Below are positions 39,576 to 50,025 of a stretch of 64,000 bases of DNA, one piece after another; positions within the stretch are counted from its first letter, which is position 1, and every line of letters begins with the position of its first letter. Origin of the DNA: Coriobacteriia bacterium (GTDB lineage: Bacteria > Actinomycetota > Coriobacteriia > WRKU01 > WQUG01). The notes under the pieces are model-generated. The model ran no database searches. It was not told where the DNA came from and was given only the letters and a program-made list of their open reading frames with translations. The stretch is taken from NCBI GenBank assembly GCA_009779855.1, contig WRBC01000002.1, forward strand, positions 111,011-175,010. The letters are read 5' to 3'. Both the position numbers and the translations under genes were made by a program.

Positions 39576-42500
39576 ATGGCCCCACGATCAGGTACCCTGC
39601 GGAAATTTTCTTTTAGGAAATTCTCCTTGCGCAAGAAAATAATTGTTTCTCTTTTAGCTGTCCTTTTGGTGGCTCTTCCCTTGTTAGCAGTAGCCAACCC
39701 TGATGTAGTGCAGTCTGCTGCAAGTCAGATTCAGCAACTTTTTGTAGGATCACAGACTTCTTCTGAATCTGTTACTGCGCGAGACTTGCCCAGGGGCGGA
39801 GAAGGGGATATCTTATCTCAGAGACTAGCTATACCACTAAGTACTCCTGTTCCTGTGTCTTCAGAGACAGAACTGCGGACTGCCATCAATGCGGGTGAGG
39901 ATTACATTGAGCTGACTCAAAGTTTTACAGCGGCAGGTGTATTTGCTGTTGGTTCACACACTCCTACTATTGTGAGTGACGTAAATGGTCCTCACACGAT
40001 TACAAGAAATTCAGGCACAACACGCCACTTCACTGTTGGGGTAGATGGATCGCTTACTTTAGGAAACATCATTCTAGAAGGTGATCATGAAAATGTTGCG
40101 GGTAATCACGGCGGGGTAGGACTTACGGGTGTAAGGGCTAGACTCACCCTTAATGATGGTGCCGTTATTACTGGCAATAGGTTTAGTATGGGTGGTGGAG
40201 TAGATGTAAATGCTAATCAGTCAACACTCATTATGAATGCAGGCTCTGTCGTAACCAATAATAGGGCAAATACTGGTGGCGGTGTACGTATCAATTCGGG
40301 ACTTAATATACCTGGAGTAAACTCAGGAACAAACCCGCCCGTTACTATAAATCCTGGTGCGACAATTAGTTATAACCAGGCTGGAACTAACCCCTCATCA
40401 GGTTCAGCCATCGCTGGTGGCGGTATTTGGGTAAGCGAATCCTCGCTTGTCATGAATGGTGGAAGCATCCTTAACAATACCTCAATGGGTCCTGGCGGTG
40501 CTATTAGCTTTACCGGTCAAACAAGTGGACCAGGGGGACAGCATCAGCAGCATTTCACTATGAATGATGGGCTTGTTGATGGTAATGTTTCTCACGGAAC
40601 CACTTTAGGTGGCGGGGCTTTCAGTATCACTACAGGGATCGGGGAAACACTTAACCGAATTATTCCACACTACAATTTCTATGGGGGCACTGTTAGTAAT
40701 AACAGAGATCATTCCACCGGCTGGAGAAGAACTGGCGGCGGAATGGATGCCAGCGGGGCAAATAGAATCACGATTGATAATATCTGGACGGGTAATCGCT
40801 CAGAGAATGGGGATGGTGGTGCCTTTAGTGTCTCGAGTACTGCTGGGGGCTATCAAACTGTTATCATTAGGGAAAATGCAGAGATAACGTATAATTTCTC
40901 TCATGGTGTAGGTGGTGCCATCTATCTCACGCCAAATGATGAGGTACGGTTCGCTGCACAGGGTATGAGGAACCACCTCTATATGCATGGAGGAACGATT
41001 GCCTATAACACCACACGTTCTGGCATGCTTGGTGGCGGAATATACCTCGAACATATGCAGTGGAATATTCCGAATCCTGAAGCCACAAATTTGGGCCTAA
41101 CTCCAGGAATGCACTGGAGTGGTGCTGGCATGACTTTTCATGGTGGTGAAATCAGAAACAATGGCTACACTACCGATCCTGGCAGTGGAAATGCTACCGT
41201 TCAAGTTTTTGCTGGTGGCGGTGTGTACGTAAGACACTTCGCTGAATTTGTAGCAACGGGACAAAGCGACAGTGCTATTGCAGGCAACAGGGCAACGCTT
41301 GATGGGGGAGGAATTTTTACTGAAGCCTTCCAGAATGAGCCTATTCTTGCAAGGTGTTCAAATGTACACACGCCAAACGGCCTACCTAGCGGTTCTCCTA
41401 TTACAGAGCAGTGCAATCTCTTTCCCTATCACAATCTGGTTATTGATAGGGAGGTAGCTTTTGCGGGTAATATCGCAGGACGCGGCAGCTTTGCTAATCC
41501 CAACAATCCAGAAGGTACAAACATTGACTTCCCTCTTAGCGGGCCGTCTGTGTTTGCCCCTATCTTCATGCATACGCTGAATAATGCAGACATTAATTAT
41601 AGAAGGTCTGCTACAGTAGTTCTTCACAAGACACTGACCATGCCAGAAGATGTTGCAACGCCTAGCCCGCTGCCTACCTTTGACTTTACCTTTACTCCCG
41701 TACAGTTTCAGTTAAGCGGTGGCGGATTCTCAAGACCTGTTGCTGACTTCCAGACCTTGCTAGCAAGTCCGCAGACCGTTGCACTTAATTCCGCTACAAC
41801 TACTACTGCATCAGGTGCGCGAACTATCACGGGGACACTTAATGTTCTTCAGTTACTCGAGTCCCTTCAGCCTTTCCCAGGCGCAGGAGTATTTGCGTGG
41901 ACAGTAAGCGAGGTAGATGGCAGTTCTGGGACTACTCCGCCATTAGAGATGACCTATGATACAGATACACATTTCCAGTTAAGGGTAGCTACAAACGCTA
42001 GTGGTAACATTACCGCTGTAGGGGTCTTCGAGTTGGACGAAATTTCAGGTAATCTGGTCCCAGGCAATGAAGTCGCCAGTGGCGGCATGAGCTTTGTAAA
42101 TAACTACACGGTAGTGATCCCGCCCCCAGAAATGGGGATTACGAAGACGCTCACCCTGCCAGAAGGAACACCTCTTCCGACGCCGATAAGCTTTGATTTC
42201 CAGTTTACGCCGGTAACGCAAAGGCTTAATAATGCTGCACCTTACATTTATTCAAGAGCAGATCAGCCAACGATTAGTCCAAACCCTATAACTATACCCT
42301 TAAGTTCTGCAACAGCAACTACTACTGCAGGCACAACGACACTTGTGGGACACTTTGATTTAGGTGCACTGCTTAATAATTTAACCTTCCCAGGTGGGGG
42401 AATCTTTGTCTGGAACTTGCATGAAATAGCAGGATCATCCGGTACTGTTATTCCTTCAACGGTCACCTATGACCAGAACCGTTTCCAGATAAGGGTGCAT

Positions 42501-43250
42501 GTAGACAGGCATGGAACTCCTGTAAACATAGAGGTTATAGAGCTTGAGCTTGTTTCAGGGTCCTGGGTACCGAATCTTGATAACAAGCCAGATGATATCG
42601 AGTTTGTGAATGTGTACAGAGGACTGGGGGATATGGATGTCTCTAAGACTATTCCCAGTACTGACAGGAACTTGCTAGCTAACCTTAATACGTTCTTTGA
42701 TTTTAGTATTACACTTACGGCACATAATGCGCTGAGTACTGGGGACGGAACGACTCCGGTACCGCTGCCAGCTGCGGTAACTGCGACTATCATAGGACGT
42801 GATGGGAGCCCTGTTGCTGCACCAAGAAACCCCGTAACTATTGCTATTTCTTCAGGCGTGGGAACTCAGGATTTCCAGCTGATGCACGGGGAAAGGTTAG
42901 TTCTGGATGGGACGCATGGAAGCACCAGATTGCCTTATGGAACTACCTGGCAAGTAACAGAATATGCCCATCCGCAGTTTGCTCCAACGGTGGAAATAAC
43001 TGTAGGGGGAACCACTTTGACTCCAGCGCTTACCGAAGATCCGAATACTAACCTTTCTACAGGAAACCGAATCCTCACAGGTGGAGGAGGCAATTCGGCT
43101 GACTTTGAGAATAACCATCAGTTTGCCCCTCCGACAGGACTTATAGTGCAGAGTGCACCGATTGCTTTGGCACTGCTTGCCGCCCTAGCCCTGCTTGTGC
43201 TAATTGCTCTTCGCAGAAGGCGGACTATAGAGAAGATGCCACTTGTCTAG
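39576..43250 (+). CDS. Sortase-anchored surface protein: GGA/GGG-repeat beta-helix-like head + FctA/Spy0128-like stalk domains
   Basis: ATG 39576 with GAGGT RBS; signal/TM segment; repeated GG(A/G)(I/V) motifs; repeated KTLTxPE...FxFTPV...FPGxGxFxW domains; APPTG + TM + RRRR. Confidence 0.8.
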   Translation: MAPRSGTLRKFSFRKFSLRKKIIVSLLAVLLVALPLLAVANPDVVQSAASQIQQLFVGSQTSSESVTARDLPRGGEGDILSQRLAIPLSTPVPVSSETELRTAINAGEDYIELTQSFTAAGVFAVGSHTPTIVSDVNGPHTITRNSGTTRHFTVGVDGSLTLGNIILEGDHENVAGNHGGVGLTGVRARLTLNDGAVITGNRFSMGGGVDVNANQSTLIMNAGSVVTNNRANTGGGVRINSGLNIPGVNSGTNPPVTINPGATISYNQAGTNPSSGSAIAGGGIWVSESSLVMNGGSILNNTSMGPGGAISFTGQTSGPGGQHQQHFTMNDGLVDGNVSHGTTLGGGAFSITTGIGETLNRIIPHYNFYGGTVSNNRDHSTGWRRTGGGMDASGANRITIDNIWTGNRSENGDGGAFSVSSTAGGYQTVIIRENAEITYNFSHGVGGAIYLTPNDEVRFAAQGMRNHLYMHGGTIAYNTTRSGMLGGGIYLEHMQWNIPNPEATNLGLTPGMHWSGAGMTFHGGEIRNNGYTTDPGSGNATVQVFAGGGVYVRHFAEFVATGQSDSAIAGNRATLDGGGIFTEAFQNEPILARCSNVHTPNGLPSGSPITEQCNLFPYHNLVIDREVAFAGNIAGRGSFANPNNPEGTNIDFPLSGPSVFAPIFMHTLNNADINYRRSATVVLHKTLTMPEDVATPSPLPTFDFTFTPVQFQLSGGGFSRPVADFQTLLASPQTVALNSATTTTASGARTITGTLNVLQLLESLQPFPGAGVFAWTVSEVDGSSGTTPPLEMTYDTDTHFQLRVATNASGNITAVGVFELDEISGNLVPGNEVASGGMSFVNNYTVVIPPPEMGITKTLTLPEGTPLPTPISFDFQFTPVTQRLNNAAPYIYSRADQPTISPNPITIPLSSATATTTAGTTTLVGHFDLGALLNNLTFPGGGIFVWNLHEIAGSSGTVIPSTVTYDQNRFQIRVHVDRHGTPVNIEVIELELVSGSWVPNLDNKPDDIEFVNVYRGLGDMDVSKTIPSTDRNLLANLNTFFDFSITLTAHNALSTGDGTTPVPLPAAVTATIIGRDGSPVAAPRNPVTIAISSGVGTQDFQLMHGERLVLDGTHGSTRLPYGTTWQVTEYAHPQFAPTVEITVGGTTLTPALTEDPNTNLSTGNRILTGGGGNSADFENNHQFAPPTGLIVQSAPIALALLAALALLVLIALRRRRTIEKMPLV

Positions 43251-43332
43251 CTAAGGACTTGAGAACACTAGCTTAAGCATGCTCAAATAAAGGTAGTTCA
43301 TACTTGTCGGTTGCTATCTTTTTGAGAAATAA

Positions 43333-43374
43333 GAAGAAGGTCACACTTTTCATCGCTTTAGTGTGACCTTCTTC
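43333..43374. terminator. Bidirectional terminator
   Basis: gaagaaggtcacact / agtgtgaccttcttc between convergent genes. Confidence 0.7.
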
Positions 43375-43413
43375 GCTTTATTAATCTTATGAGAATGGTA
43401 CTGTGGCGGTTTG

Positions 43414-44301
43414 TCAACCAATGTGATCTAAGAAGAGCTTTACTAGGTGAGAGTGCTTAACTCGTGTATTGAGTACAGTATAAATCTTTCGGTGGGGGAT
43501 TCTTTCTTCACAGCGCAACCTGACGATTTGTCCTTGCGCTAGAGCGTCACGAGCGGCCAGTTCAGAAACAATTGAGACCCCAAGGCCGCTGGCAACTGAG
43601 TTGATGACGCTTTGAGTGTTGCCCATATTGACGCAGGACTGTATTTTCTTAAGATCAACGTTATTGTCAGTAAAAAATTTCTCATATTGGATTCGCGTGC
43701 CTGAGCCTACTTCCCTAGAGATAAAATTCCCTTCGTAGAGTAGGTTTTCCAACGTGTAGACTCTTGTGCTGAATAATGTGTTTGTAGCTGCAGATCCAAT
43801 GAAGATAAGTTCTTCATCCGTGAAGACATTGAAGCTACATGTAGGGTTTTCGATGATGCTTCCGCTGAAGCCTATGTCTACCTTGTTTTCTGCGACTGCC
43901 TGTGTGGCCGCTGCACTATCTTTTTGATCTATAGTGAGGGTGACCTTAGGGTAGAGCGCATGAAATTCTGCTAGGATTTTTGGCAGAAGGTAGGATGCGG
44001 GAACACTTGATGCTGTGATACGTATTTCACCACTATGGTCCTCGCTAAGGTCCTTCATGGCATCGACGGACTCGCTTCGTAAGGCGATAAGTTCTTTTGC
44101 ACGTGCAAGGAAGCGCTGGCCTGCAAGGGTAGTGGATACGGTTTTTGTAGATCGGTTAAGAAGCGTTATGTCCAGTTCGCGTTCTAGGGTGCTAATGTAG
44201 GTGCTGACGCTGGGCTGTGAGACGTGGAGCTCTTTGGCTGCTTTTGAGAAACTACCCAGCTCGACTACCTTTATATAGGCTTCTAGCTGTCTAAACTCCA
44301 T
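43414..44301 (-). CDS. Selenium-metabolism-associated LysR family regulator
   Basis: LysR HTH (SFSKAAKELHVSQPSVS), REVGSGTR; located in a yedE cluster. Confidence 0.85.
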   Translation of the reverse strand: MEFRQLEAYIKVVELGSFSKAAKELHVSQPSVSTYISTLERELDITLLNRSTKTVSTTLAGQRFLARAKELIALRSESVDAMKDLSEDHSGEIRITASSVPASYLLPKILAEFHALYPKVTLTIDQKDSAAATQAVAENKVDIGFSGSIIENPTCSFNVFTDEELIFIGSAATNTLFSTRVYTLENLLYEGNFISREVGSGTRIQYEKFFTDNNVDLKKIQSCVNMGNTQSVINSVASGLGVSIVSELAARDALAQGQIVRLRCEERIPHRKIYTVLNTRVKHSHLVKLFLDHIG

Positions 44302-45475
44302 GAGAAGTACCTAGTAATTCTTTAAGGCTGTTTAGTAGATAGTCGACTTCCTTTAAGGTGTTTGTGTGTCCAAAGGAGAAGCGCACCGTGCCTTGCGGGA
44401 ACGTGCCCAGTGTTTTGTGTGCCGCTGGAGCGCAGTGAAGGCCGCAGCGTGTCATGATGCCGTAGTGTTTATCAAGAGTTGCTGCAATAGCAGCGTTATC
44501 GTGGCGAGGGAAGTCAACAGATACTACAGGAACCTTTTTTGTCTGTGTTAAGGCTGTTTCTGAAGTGCTGTTTTCTGCAGCAATAAGGTTTATACCTTCA
44601 ATGTCTTTTGCGCTACTAATGAAGTGACGGTAAAGCTTTATTTCATGCTGATAGATGGTATCGATGCCCTGTTCAAGTAGGTGATTTATGGCGGCTTTCA
44701 GCCCCAGTATTCCAGCAATGTTCATAGTCCCTGATTCAAATTTATCAGGTAAGAAATCCGGCTGGTCAAAGCCCTGGGAAAGACTGCCTGTACCACCCCA
44801 TAGGGTGGGTTGAATCTGTTTTGCAAAGTCACTTTTAACAATAAATCCGCCTATGCCCATTGGACCTAGAAGTGCTTTATGTCCTGGAAAGGCCAGGGCA
44901 TCAATACTGGAGATATCAATGGGCAGCACCCCTGCAGTTTGTGCTGCATCAACTATCAGACGAAGATTGTGCTGTTTGCAGATGTTTGCGACTTCCTGAA
45001 TGGGTAGTACGGTGCCGCAGACATTTGAGGCATGGGTCATCACAACGGCTTTTGTGGTGCTGCGAATCAAGGGAAGGATGTCCTCTGAATTGAGCGACCC
45101 GTCACTGCTGCATTCTGCGACATCATAAGTCACTTTGCGCTGTTGACTGAGCGCATGTAGAGGGCGCATGACGGCATTATGTTCCATGGATGTCGTGATG
45201 ACATGGTCGCCCTTTGCCAGGAAGCCACTAAGGATAGCATTCATCGCATAGGTGAGGCTGGGGGTAAAGATTACTGCGCGTGGATCTGCTGCGTTAAAGA
45301 ACTTAGCAAGCAATTCGCGTGCTTGTAAGATTTCCATGGCGATGTCAAAGCTGGCAGCATATCCACCGCGTCCAATATTGTAGGCGCCTTTATTAAGGTA
45401 GCTAGTTATCGCCTCTGTGACACCAGGAGCTTTGGGGATGGAGGTAGAACTATGGTCGAAATAGGCGTGTTTCAT
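44291..45475 (-). CDS. Class V PLP aminotransferase (cysteine desulfurase / selenocysteine lyase-like)
   Basis: ATG 45475 with AGGAG RBS; EHNAV, DAAQ, FPGHKALLGP, RCGLHCAP. Confidence 0.88.
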   Translation of the reverse strand: MKHAYFDHSSTSIPKAPGVTEAITSYLNKGAYNIGRGGYAASFDIAMEILQARELLAKFFNAADPRAVIFTPSLTYAMNAILSGFLAKGDHVITTSMEHNAVMRPLHALSQQRKVTYDVAECSSDGSLNSEDILPLIRSTTKAVVMTHASNVCGTVLPIQEVANICKQHNLRLIVDAAQTAGVLPIDISSIDALAFPGHKALLGPMGIGGFIVKSDFAKQIQPTLWGGTGSLSQGFDQPDFLPDKFESGTMNIAGILGLKAAINHLLEQGIDTIYQHEIKLYRHFISSAKDIEGINLIAAENSTSETALTQTKKVPVVSVDFPRHDNAAIAATLDKHYGIMTRCGLHCAPAAHKTLGTFPQGTVRFSFGHTNTLKEVDYLLNSLKELLGTSHGV

Positions 45476-45644
45476 CTGGTGTGCTCCTAAGTGGATTGTA
45501 AAGAGGCCGAGCATGTAGTAACCAAACACATATTAGAGTTATTTATAGATTGCATCAATTTCATCAATAAATACTATCATAGCGACGGATAATCGGTGCT
45601 AGACTTTTCAGTCAAGCAATGCAAAAGAGACAACAGGAGAGACC

Positions 45645-46793
45645 ATGCCGGTGGCAGATGATAAAAAACAGATAAAAGAAGAAGATATAGCGAAAAAGGA
45701 AAGCACCTTGAAAGAGGAGGGCACTTCGAAGGCAAAGACGTTTCACTTGCTGCTATTGCCTATTGTGGGTGTAGTAGTTGTGGCGGTGGCTTTGCTACTT
45801 CAGCACTTGGGTAACCCAGCAAACATGGGCTTTTGTATTGCCTGTTTCCTGCGCGACACTGCAGGTGCTGTGGGCTTACACTCCGCTGCAGTAGTTCAGT
45901 ACGTAAGACCAGAAATCATCGGTATCATTTTGGGTGTATTTATCTTTGCGCTTGTACGGGGGGAATTTAAACCAAAGGGCGGCTCTGCTCCTGTGACGCG
46001 TTTTGTCCTTGGTTTTGCCATGATGATGGGTGCACTGATATTTTTGGGCTGTCCGTTGCGCATGCTGCTGCGTATTGCGGCAGGCGATCTTAATGCAATT
46101 GTAGGACTTTTTGGATTAGTAGCGGGTATTTTTATAGGAGCACTTTTCCTAAAGAGGGGCTTTTCGCTGAAGCGCAATTACGATCAGGGTAAAGCGGAGG
46201 GATCACTGCTACCTGTTATTGCACTTATTTTGCTGGGTATTGTTTTATTTGCGCCGGTAATCTTGCTGGTTTCAGCCGAAGGTCCTGGAAGCATGCATGC
46301 CCCGCTGCTTATTGCGCTTGCCGCAGGTCTTATTGTGGGTGCGCTGGGCTTTATAACCAGACTTTGCTTTACGGGTGGCATCAGAGACGCAATCTTAATG
46401 AAGAAATTTCCACCTATGTTGTGGGCCTTTATTGCCATTCTGGTTGTTGGCTTGATTGGAAACCTGGTACTGGGAACTTTTAACCTAGGTTTTGCTGATC
46501 AACCAATTACGCATACCGACGGATTGTGGAATTTCCTAGGTATGACCTTAGTTGGTCTTAGCGCGACCCTGCTTGCAGGATGCCCTTTCAGGCAGTTAGT
46601 TCTTGCGGGAAGCGGCAACTCTGACAGTGTGATGGCTGTAGCGGGTATGGTTGTGGGTGCTGCCTTTATGCATAACTTCAATATGGCATCAAGCCCTGCA
46701 GGAATTGGTGAGAATGCCATCTATGGTTTCGTGATTGTTGCTGCTATAGTAGTAGGGATTGCCGTTTACAATACCTTTTTCAGAAGTAAGTAG
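45645..46793 (+). CDS. yedE: YedE family putative selenium/sulfur transporter
   Basis: GNPANMGFCIACFLRD, FLGCP, AGCPFRQ. Confidence 0.88.
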   Translation: MPVADDKKQIKEEDIAKKESTLKEEGTSKAKTFHLLLLPIVGVVVVAVALLLQHLGNPANMGFCIACFLRDTAGAVGLHSAAVVQYVRPEIIGIILGVFIFALVRGEFKPKGGSAPVTRFVLGFAMMMGALIFLGCPLRMLLRIAAGDLNAIVGLFGLVAGIFIGALFLKRGFSLKRNYDQGKAEGSLLPVIALILLGIVLFAPVILLVSAEGPGSMHAPLLIALAAGLIVGALGFITRLCFTGGIRDAILMKKFPPMLWAFIAILVVGLIGNLVLGTFNLGFADQPITHTDGLWNFLGMTLVGLSATLLAGCPFRQLVLAGSGNSDSVMAVAGMVVGAAFMHNFNMASSPAGIGENAIYGFVIVAAIVVGIAVYNTFFRSK

Positions 46794-46862
46794 CGTTGGT
46801 GAGCGCGGACACGATTAGTGCGAAACCAATGGGTGAAAAGGGAAGCCTTTAAAGAAAGAAGC

Positions 46863-47111
46863 ATGAACAACTACATAGCAACTTTTTATAGTCACTTTGG
46901 AGCTCTTTCACTTTGCAAAGAGCTCCAACAACGCGAAGGTGCTGCTAACACCGCAGAGCTCATACCCGTTCCACGTGAACTGAGTACTTCGTGTGGGGTG
47001 TGTGTTAGTTTTCAGGGTGACGATTGGGTTTGCGCAAAGGATGTTGCGATTGATCTTGAGGGCATCTATCGAGTTGCAGGTGGCAGATATGAGGAACTGT
47101 TTACTGCTTAG
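46863..47111 (+). CDS. DUF3343 protein
   Basis: YIATFYSHFGA, PVPRELSTSCG. Confidence 0.8.
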   Translation: MNNYIATFYSHFGALSLCKELQQREGAANTAELIPVPRELSTSCGVCVSFQGDDWVCAKDVAIDLEGIYRVAGGRYEELFTA

Positions 47112-47209
47112 TCTTATGGGTAGGTTGTTTCGTTTCGTTAAGGTAGAGTAATAGGGAAGAATTTGCCTTTCCCGGGCTAGTTCAGGGCACGCCTGACTGC
47201 TTAGATTGT

Positions 47210-47665
47210 TCACGTGCAGTTGGCACGCTCTTCTTCGCCAGTTTCGTCAGGCCTTTCTTCAAGGAGTCTTTCTAGCTGTGTCGCGATAAAGGCTACGTAT
47301 CCCTTGCAGACTTGTTTGCTAACACTGGATTCAGCGTCAGGCTTCAATTCAAGGCAGGTAGTATACCCGTATTGTTCTTCGAAAGAATCTATGAGTGCCT
47401 TAGTGTATTTGGGTAGCTCTTCATTGCGTGGTTCGCCTGGAACACGTCCAAAATGATTTCCTAATACGAGCGCTCCAGCAGCCGCTGCCCCACAAAGGTT
47501 CTTTGCACCGGTCCCTCCGCAAAAAGCAAAGGATAGTTTATTGCCCAGATTTTTATCTTCTGTGCTGATATTGTCACGCTCAGCAAAGGCAAGCCAGACG
47601 GATTCTGCGCAGCAGAACCCTTCTTCTGTGTAGAGCTGTGTTGCTCTGTTGGCAATTGTGGACAT
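47210..47665 (-). CDS. C-GCAxxG-C-C family redox protein (possible Sec read-through to 47201)
   Basis: CCAES, LCGAAAAG, TTCLEL, VCKGYV. Confidence 0.85.
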   Translation of the reverse strand: MSTIANRATQLYTEEGFCCAESVWLAFAERDNISTEDKNLGNKLSFAFCGGTGAKNLCGAAAAGALVLGNHFGRVPGEPRNEELPKYTKALIDSFEEQYGYTTCLELKPDAESSVSKQVCKGYVAFIATQLERLLEERPDETGEEERANCT

Positions 47666-47769
47666 AGTTCATGCCTCCTTTTACTTCGTCAATCTGTATT
47701 TTATCTTAGCAATTGATACAGCGGGGATGTCCCGTACTATTTTTTGTGTGGGGTTAGGCAAGAAAGAAA

Positions 47770-47803
47770 AAAGACCTGCTAGCTATTAGCAGGTCTTTCT
47801 TTT
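47770..47803. terminator. Terminator downstream of tRNA-Leu
   Basis: aaagacctgcta / tagcaggtcttt flanked by A and T tracts. Confidence 0.8.
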
Positions 47804-47809
47804 GTAATA

Positions 47810-47895
47810 TGGTGCGGGTGGAGGGAGTTGAACCCCCACGAGCGTTGCTCACTAGAACCTAAATCTAGCGCGTCTGCCAATTCCGCCACACCCGC
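47810..47895 (-). tRNA. tRNA-Leu(TAG)
   Basis: GCGGGTG acceptor stem, CTAGA-TTTAGGT-TCTAG anticodon arm, long variable arm, GGTTCAA T-loop, encoded CCA. Confidence 0.96.
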
Positions 47896-48009
47896 AGCGA
47901 CGTACAAGTATAACAAATCTAAGAAAAGCTGCAAGCACCTATTTCATTTTGCTGTTGGTAAGCGGCATTTTCTTCGCCAGAATTTCTTAGGCTTGCCTGC
48001 AAATACCCA

Positions 48010-50013
48010 TTAGATCTTTGTTCTAAGTATGCGCATGGCGTTAAGGACTGCAATAAGGGTTACACCTACATCGGCAAAGACTGCCTCCCATATGCCTGCC
48101 ACGCCAAGGGCCGCCATAAGCATGAAGGCTGCCTTAACCCCCAGCACAAAGACAATGTTCTGCACGACGATTCTGCGTGTAGCCCGTGCAATCTTTATAC
48201 CACTTGCAAGCTTTGAGGGTTCATCGGTCATCAGGACAACATCTGCAGCTTCAATGGCCGCGTCTGATCCTAGTCCGCCCATAGCAATGCCAACATCTGC
48301 ACGTGCGAGCACTGGTGCGTCGTTAATGCCATCCCCTACAAAGCCGAGGCTTTTTCCTGCACGCTTGCCTGCGTCAAGCTGCTCAATAATACTTACCTTA
48401 TCTTGTGGCAGTAGTTCTGCATGCACCTCGTCTGTTTTGCCTAGGGCAAGTTTCTTGCCAACATCACGTGCGACAACGGCATTGTCCCCCGTAAGCATGG
48501 CAATCTTGCGAACCCCTAGTTGCTTGAGTTCCTTAAGGGCATGCTTGCTGTCAGCCTTTACTTCGTCAGCTATAACTATGCAGCCTAGATAGGCACCGTT
48601 AACTGCCGCATAGAGCTTTGTGCCGACTTCGGGACACTCTGTGAATGGGATAGACTCCGCCACCATAAATTTACTGTTACCTGCCAGGATGTGGTCGTCG
48701 CCCACAGTGGCACTGATGCCATGACCAGCAACCTCTCTGAAATCTTGAGGCGATTCCAGCTTGCAACCAGGATGCATCTCATCATGTGCCTGCGATATGG
48801 AATGAGCGATTGGGTGGTTTGACAGCAACTCTGCCTTCGTCGCGTAGTCAATGAGGTCGTCGATACTGTGACCCTCTGCAGGATGCATACTGCAGACCTT
48901 AAAGATACCTTCGGTCAGGGTTCCTGTTTTATCAAGGGCAACGATGTCTAACTTAGTCAGCGCGTCTAGGTAATTACTTCCCTTGACTAGGACCCCGTTG
49001 CGCGATGCTGTCCCGATACCACTGAAATAACTGAGAGGAATCGACACAACTAGGGCACAGGGACAGGAGATGACTAGGAACACTAATGCACGGTAGAGCC
49101 ATTCTTCCCAAGATCCTGCAAAAAAGAGGGGAGGAATTACTGCAAGCAGGGACGCAAGCGTAACAACAAGGGGTGTGTAGTAGCGTGCAAACGTTGTAAT
49201 AAAGTTTTCAGTTGCAGCCTTTTTGCTGCGAGCATTTTCGACTAATTCGATGATTCTTGCAACCGTGGAGTCTTTATAGGCAGCGGTAACTTTAATGGTT
49301 AGGGCGCTATCCAGATTAAGAGTTCCTGACAGGACCTCTTCTCCTGTTGTGACGTTGCGGGGTACGGATTCCCCTGTCAGTGCACGAGTGTCCAGCAGTG
49401 ATCTACCTGCAGTGACGGTTCCATCTAGGGGAATCTTTTCACCGGGCTTTACTATGATGATGTCACCTACGTTAATCATGCTTGGGTCGACTTGTGTGCG
49501 CTTATCACCTTCGACTAGAGTCGCAAAATCAGGGCGAATGTCCATGAGTTCTGCAATGGATCGCTTTGACTTATTTATGGCACGATTCTGGAAGTACATG
49601 CCGACAAGGTAGAACAACATAACAGCCGCGCCTTCAGCATACTTACCAATAGCAAAAGCACCTATAGTGGCGATACTCATCAAGAAATTTTCATCAAAGA
49701 TTTTTCCGCGAAATAAGTTATGGACTGCTTTGTAGAGTACACGCCAGCCTAAAATGAGATAACTTACAAGGAAAGCGGCAAAGGAAAGTGTTGGATCTGG
49801 CAGAATAAATCCCGCCACAAAGGGGAGCACGCCCAGTCCTAATTGGATAAGTTGGTTGCGTTGCGCATTATCGTTGTTAGCAGTGGCGTTAGTGGCAGCG
49901 CTAGTGGACGAACTGTCACTGTCGTCTGCGTCTTCTGCCTGCTCGCAGCTGCCACTTTCGCAGCATGCGCAGCCAGTACCTACTATTTGGCTGTTAGTGC
50001 TATTACTGTTCAT
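48010..50013 (-). CDS. cadA: Heavy-metal (Cd/Zn/Pb) P1B-type ATPase
   Basis: TGES, CPC, DKTGTLT, HP, GDGINDAP. Confidence 0.92.
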   Translation of the reverse strand: MNSNSTNSQIVGTGCACCESGSCEQAEDADDSDSSSTSAATNATANNDNAQRNQLIQLGLGVLPFVAGFILPDPTLSFAAFLVSYLILGWRVLYKAVHNLFRGKIFDENFLMSIATIGAFAIGKYAEGAAVMLFYLVGMYFQNRAINKSKRSIAELMDIRPDFATLVEGDKRTQVDPSMINVGDIIIVKPGEKIPLDGTVTAGRSLLDTRALTGESVPRNVTTGEEVLSGTLNLDSALTIKVTAAYKDSTVARIIELVENARSKKAATENFITTFARYYTPLVVTLASLLAVIPPLFFAGSWEEWLYRALVFLVISCPCALVVSIPLSYFSGIGTASRNGVLVKGSNYLDALTKLDIVALDKTGTLTEGIFKVCSMHPAEGHSIDDLIDYATKAELLSNHPIAHSISQAHDEMHPGCKLESPQDFREVAGHGISATVGDDHILAGNSKFMVAESIPFTECPEVGTKLYAAVNGAYLGCIVIADEVKADSKHALKELKQLGVRKIAMLTGDNAVVARDVGKKLALGKTDEVHAELLPQDKVSIIEQLDAGKRAGKSLGFVGDGINDAPVLARADVGIAMGGLGSDAAIEAADVVLMTDEPSKLASGIKIARATRRIVVQNIVFVLGVKAAFMLMAALGVAGIWEAVFADVGVTLIAVLNAMRILRTKI

Positions 50014-50025
50014 AGATGTTTCCCT

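Noticed and set aside
47810-47895. tRNA-Leu as the integration site of a genomic island carrying the selenium or metal genes
   Set aside because: No integrase, and I found no duplicated tRNA 3' end in the window
48029-48592. Long antisense or alternate-frame ORFs (e.g. 48029-48592, 53964-54503, 35820-36272, 34516-35010)
   Set aside because: Shadow ORFs overlapping well-conserved genes, with no recognisable motifs or RBS
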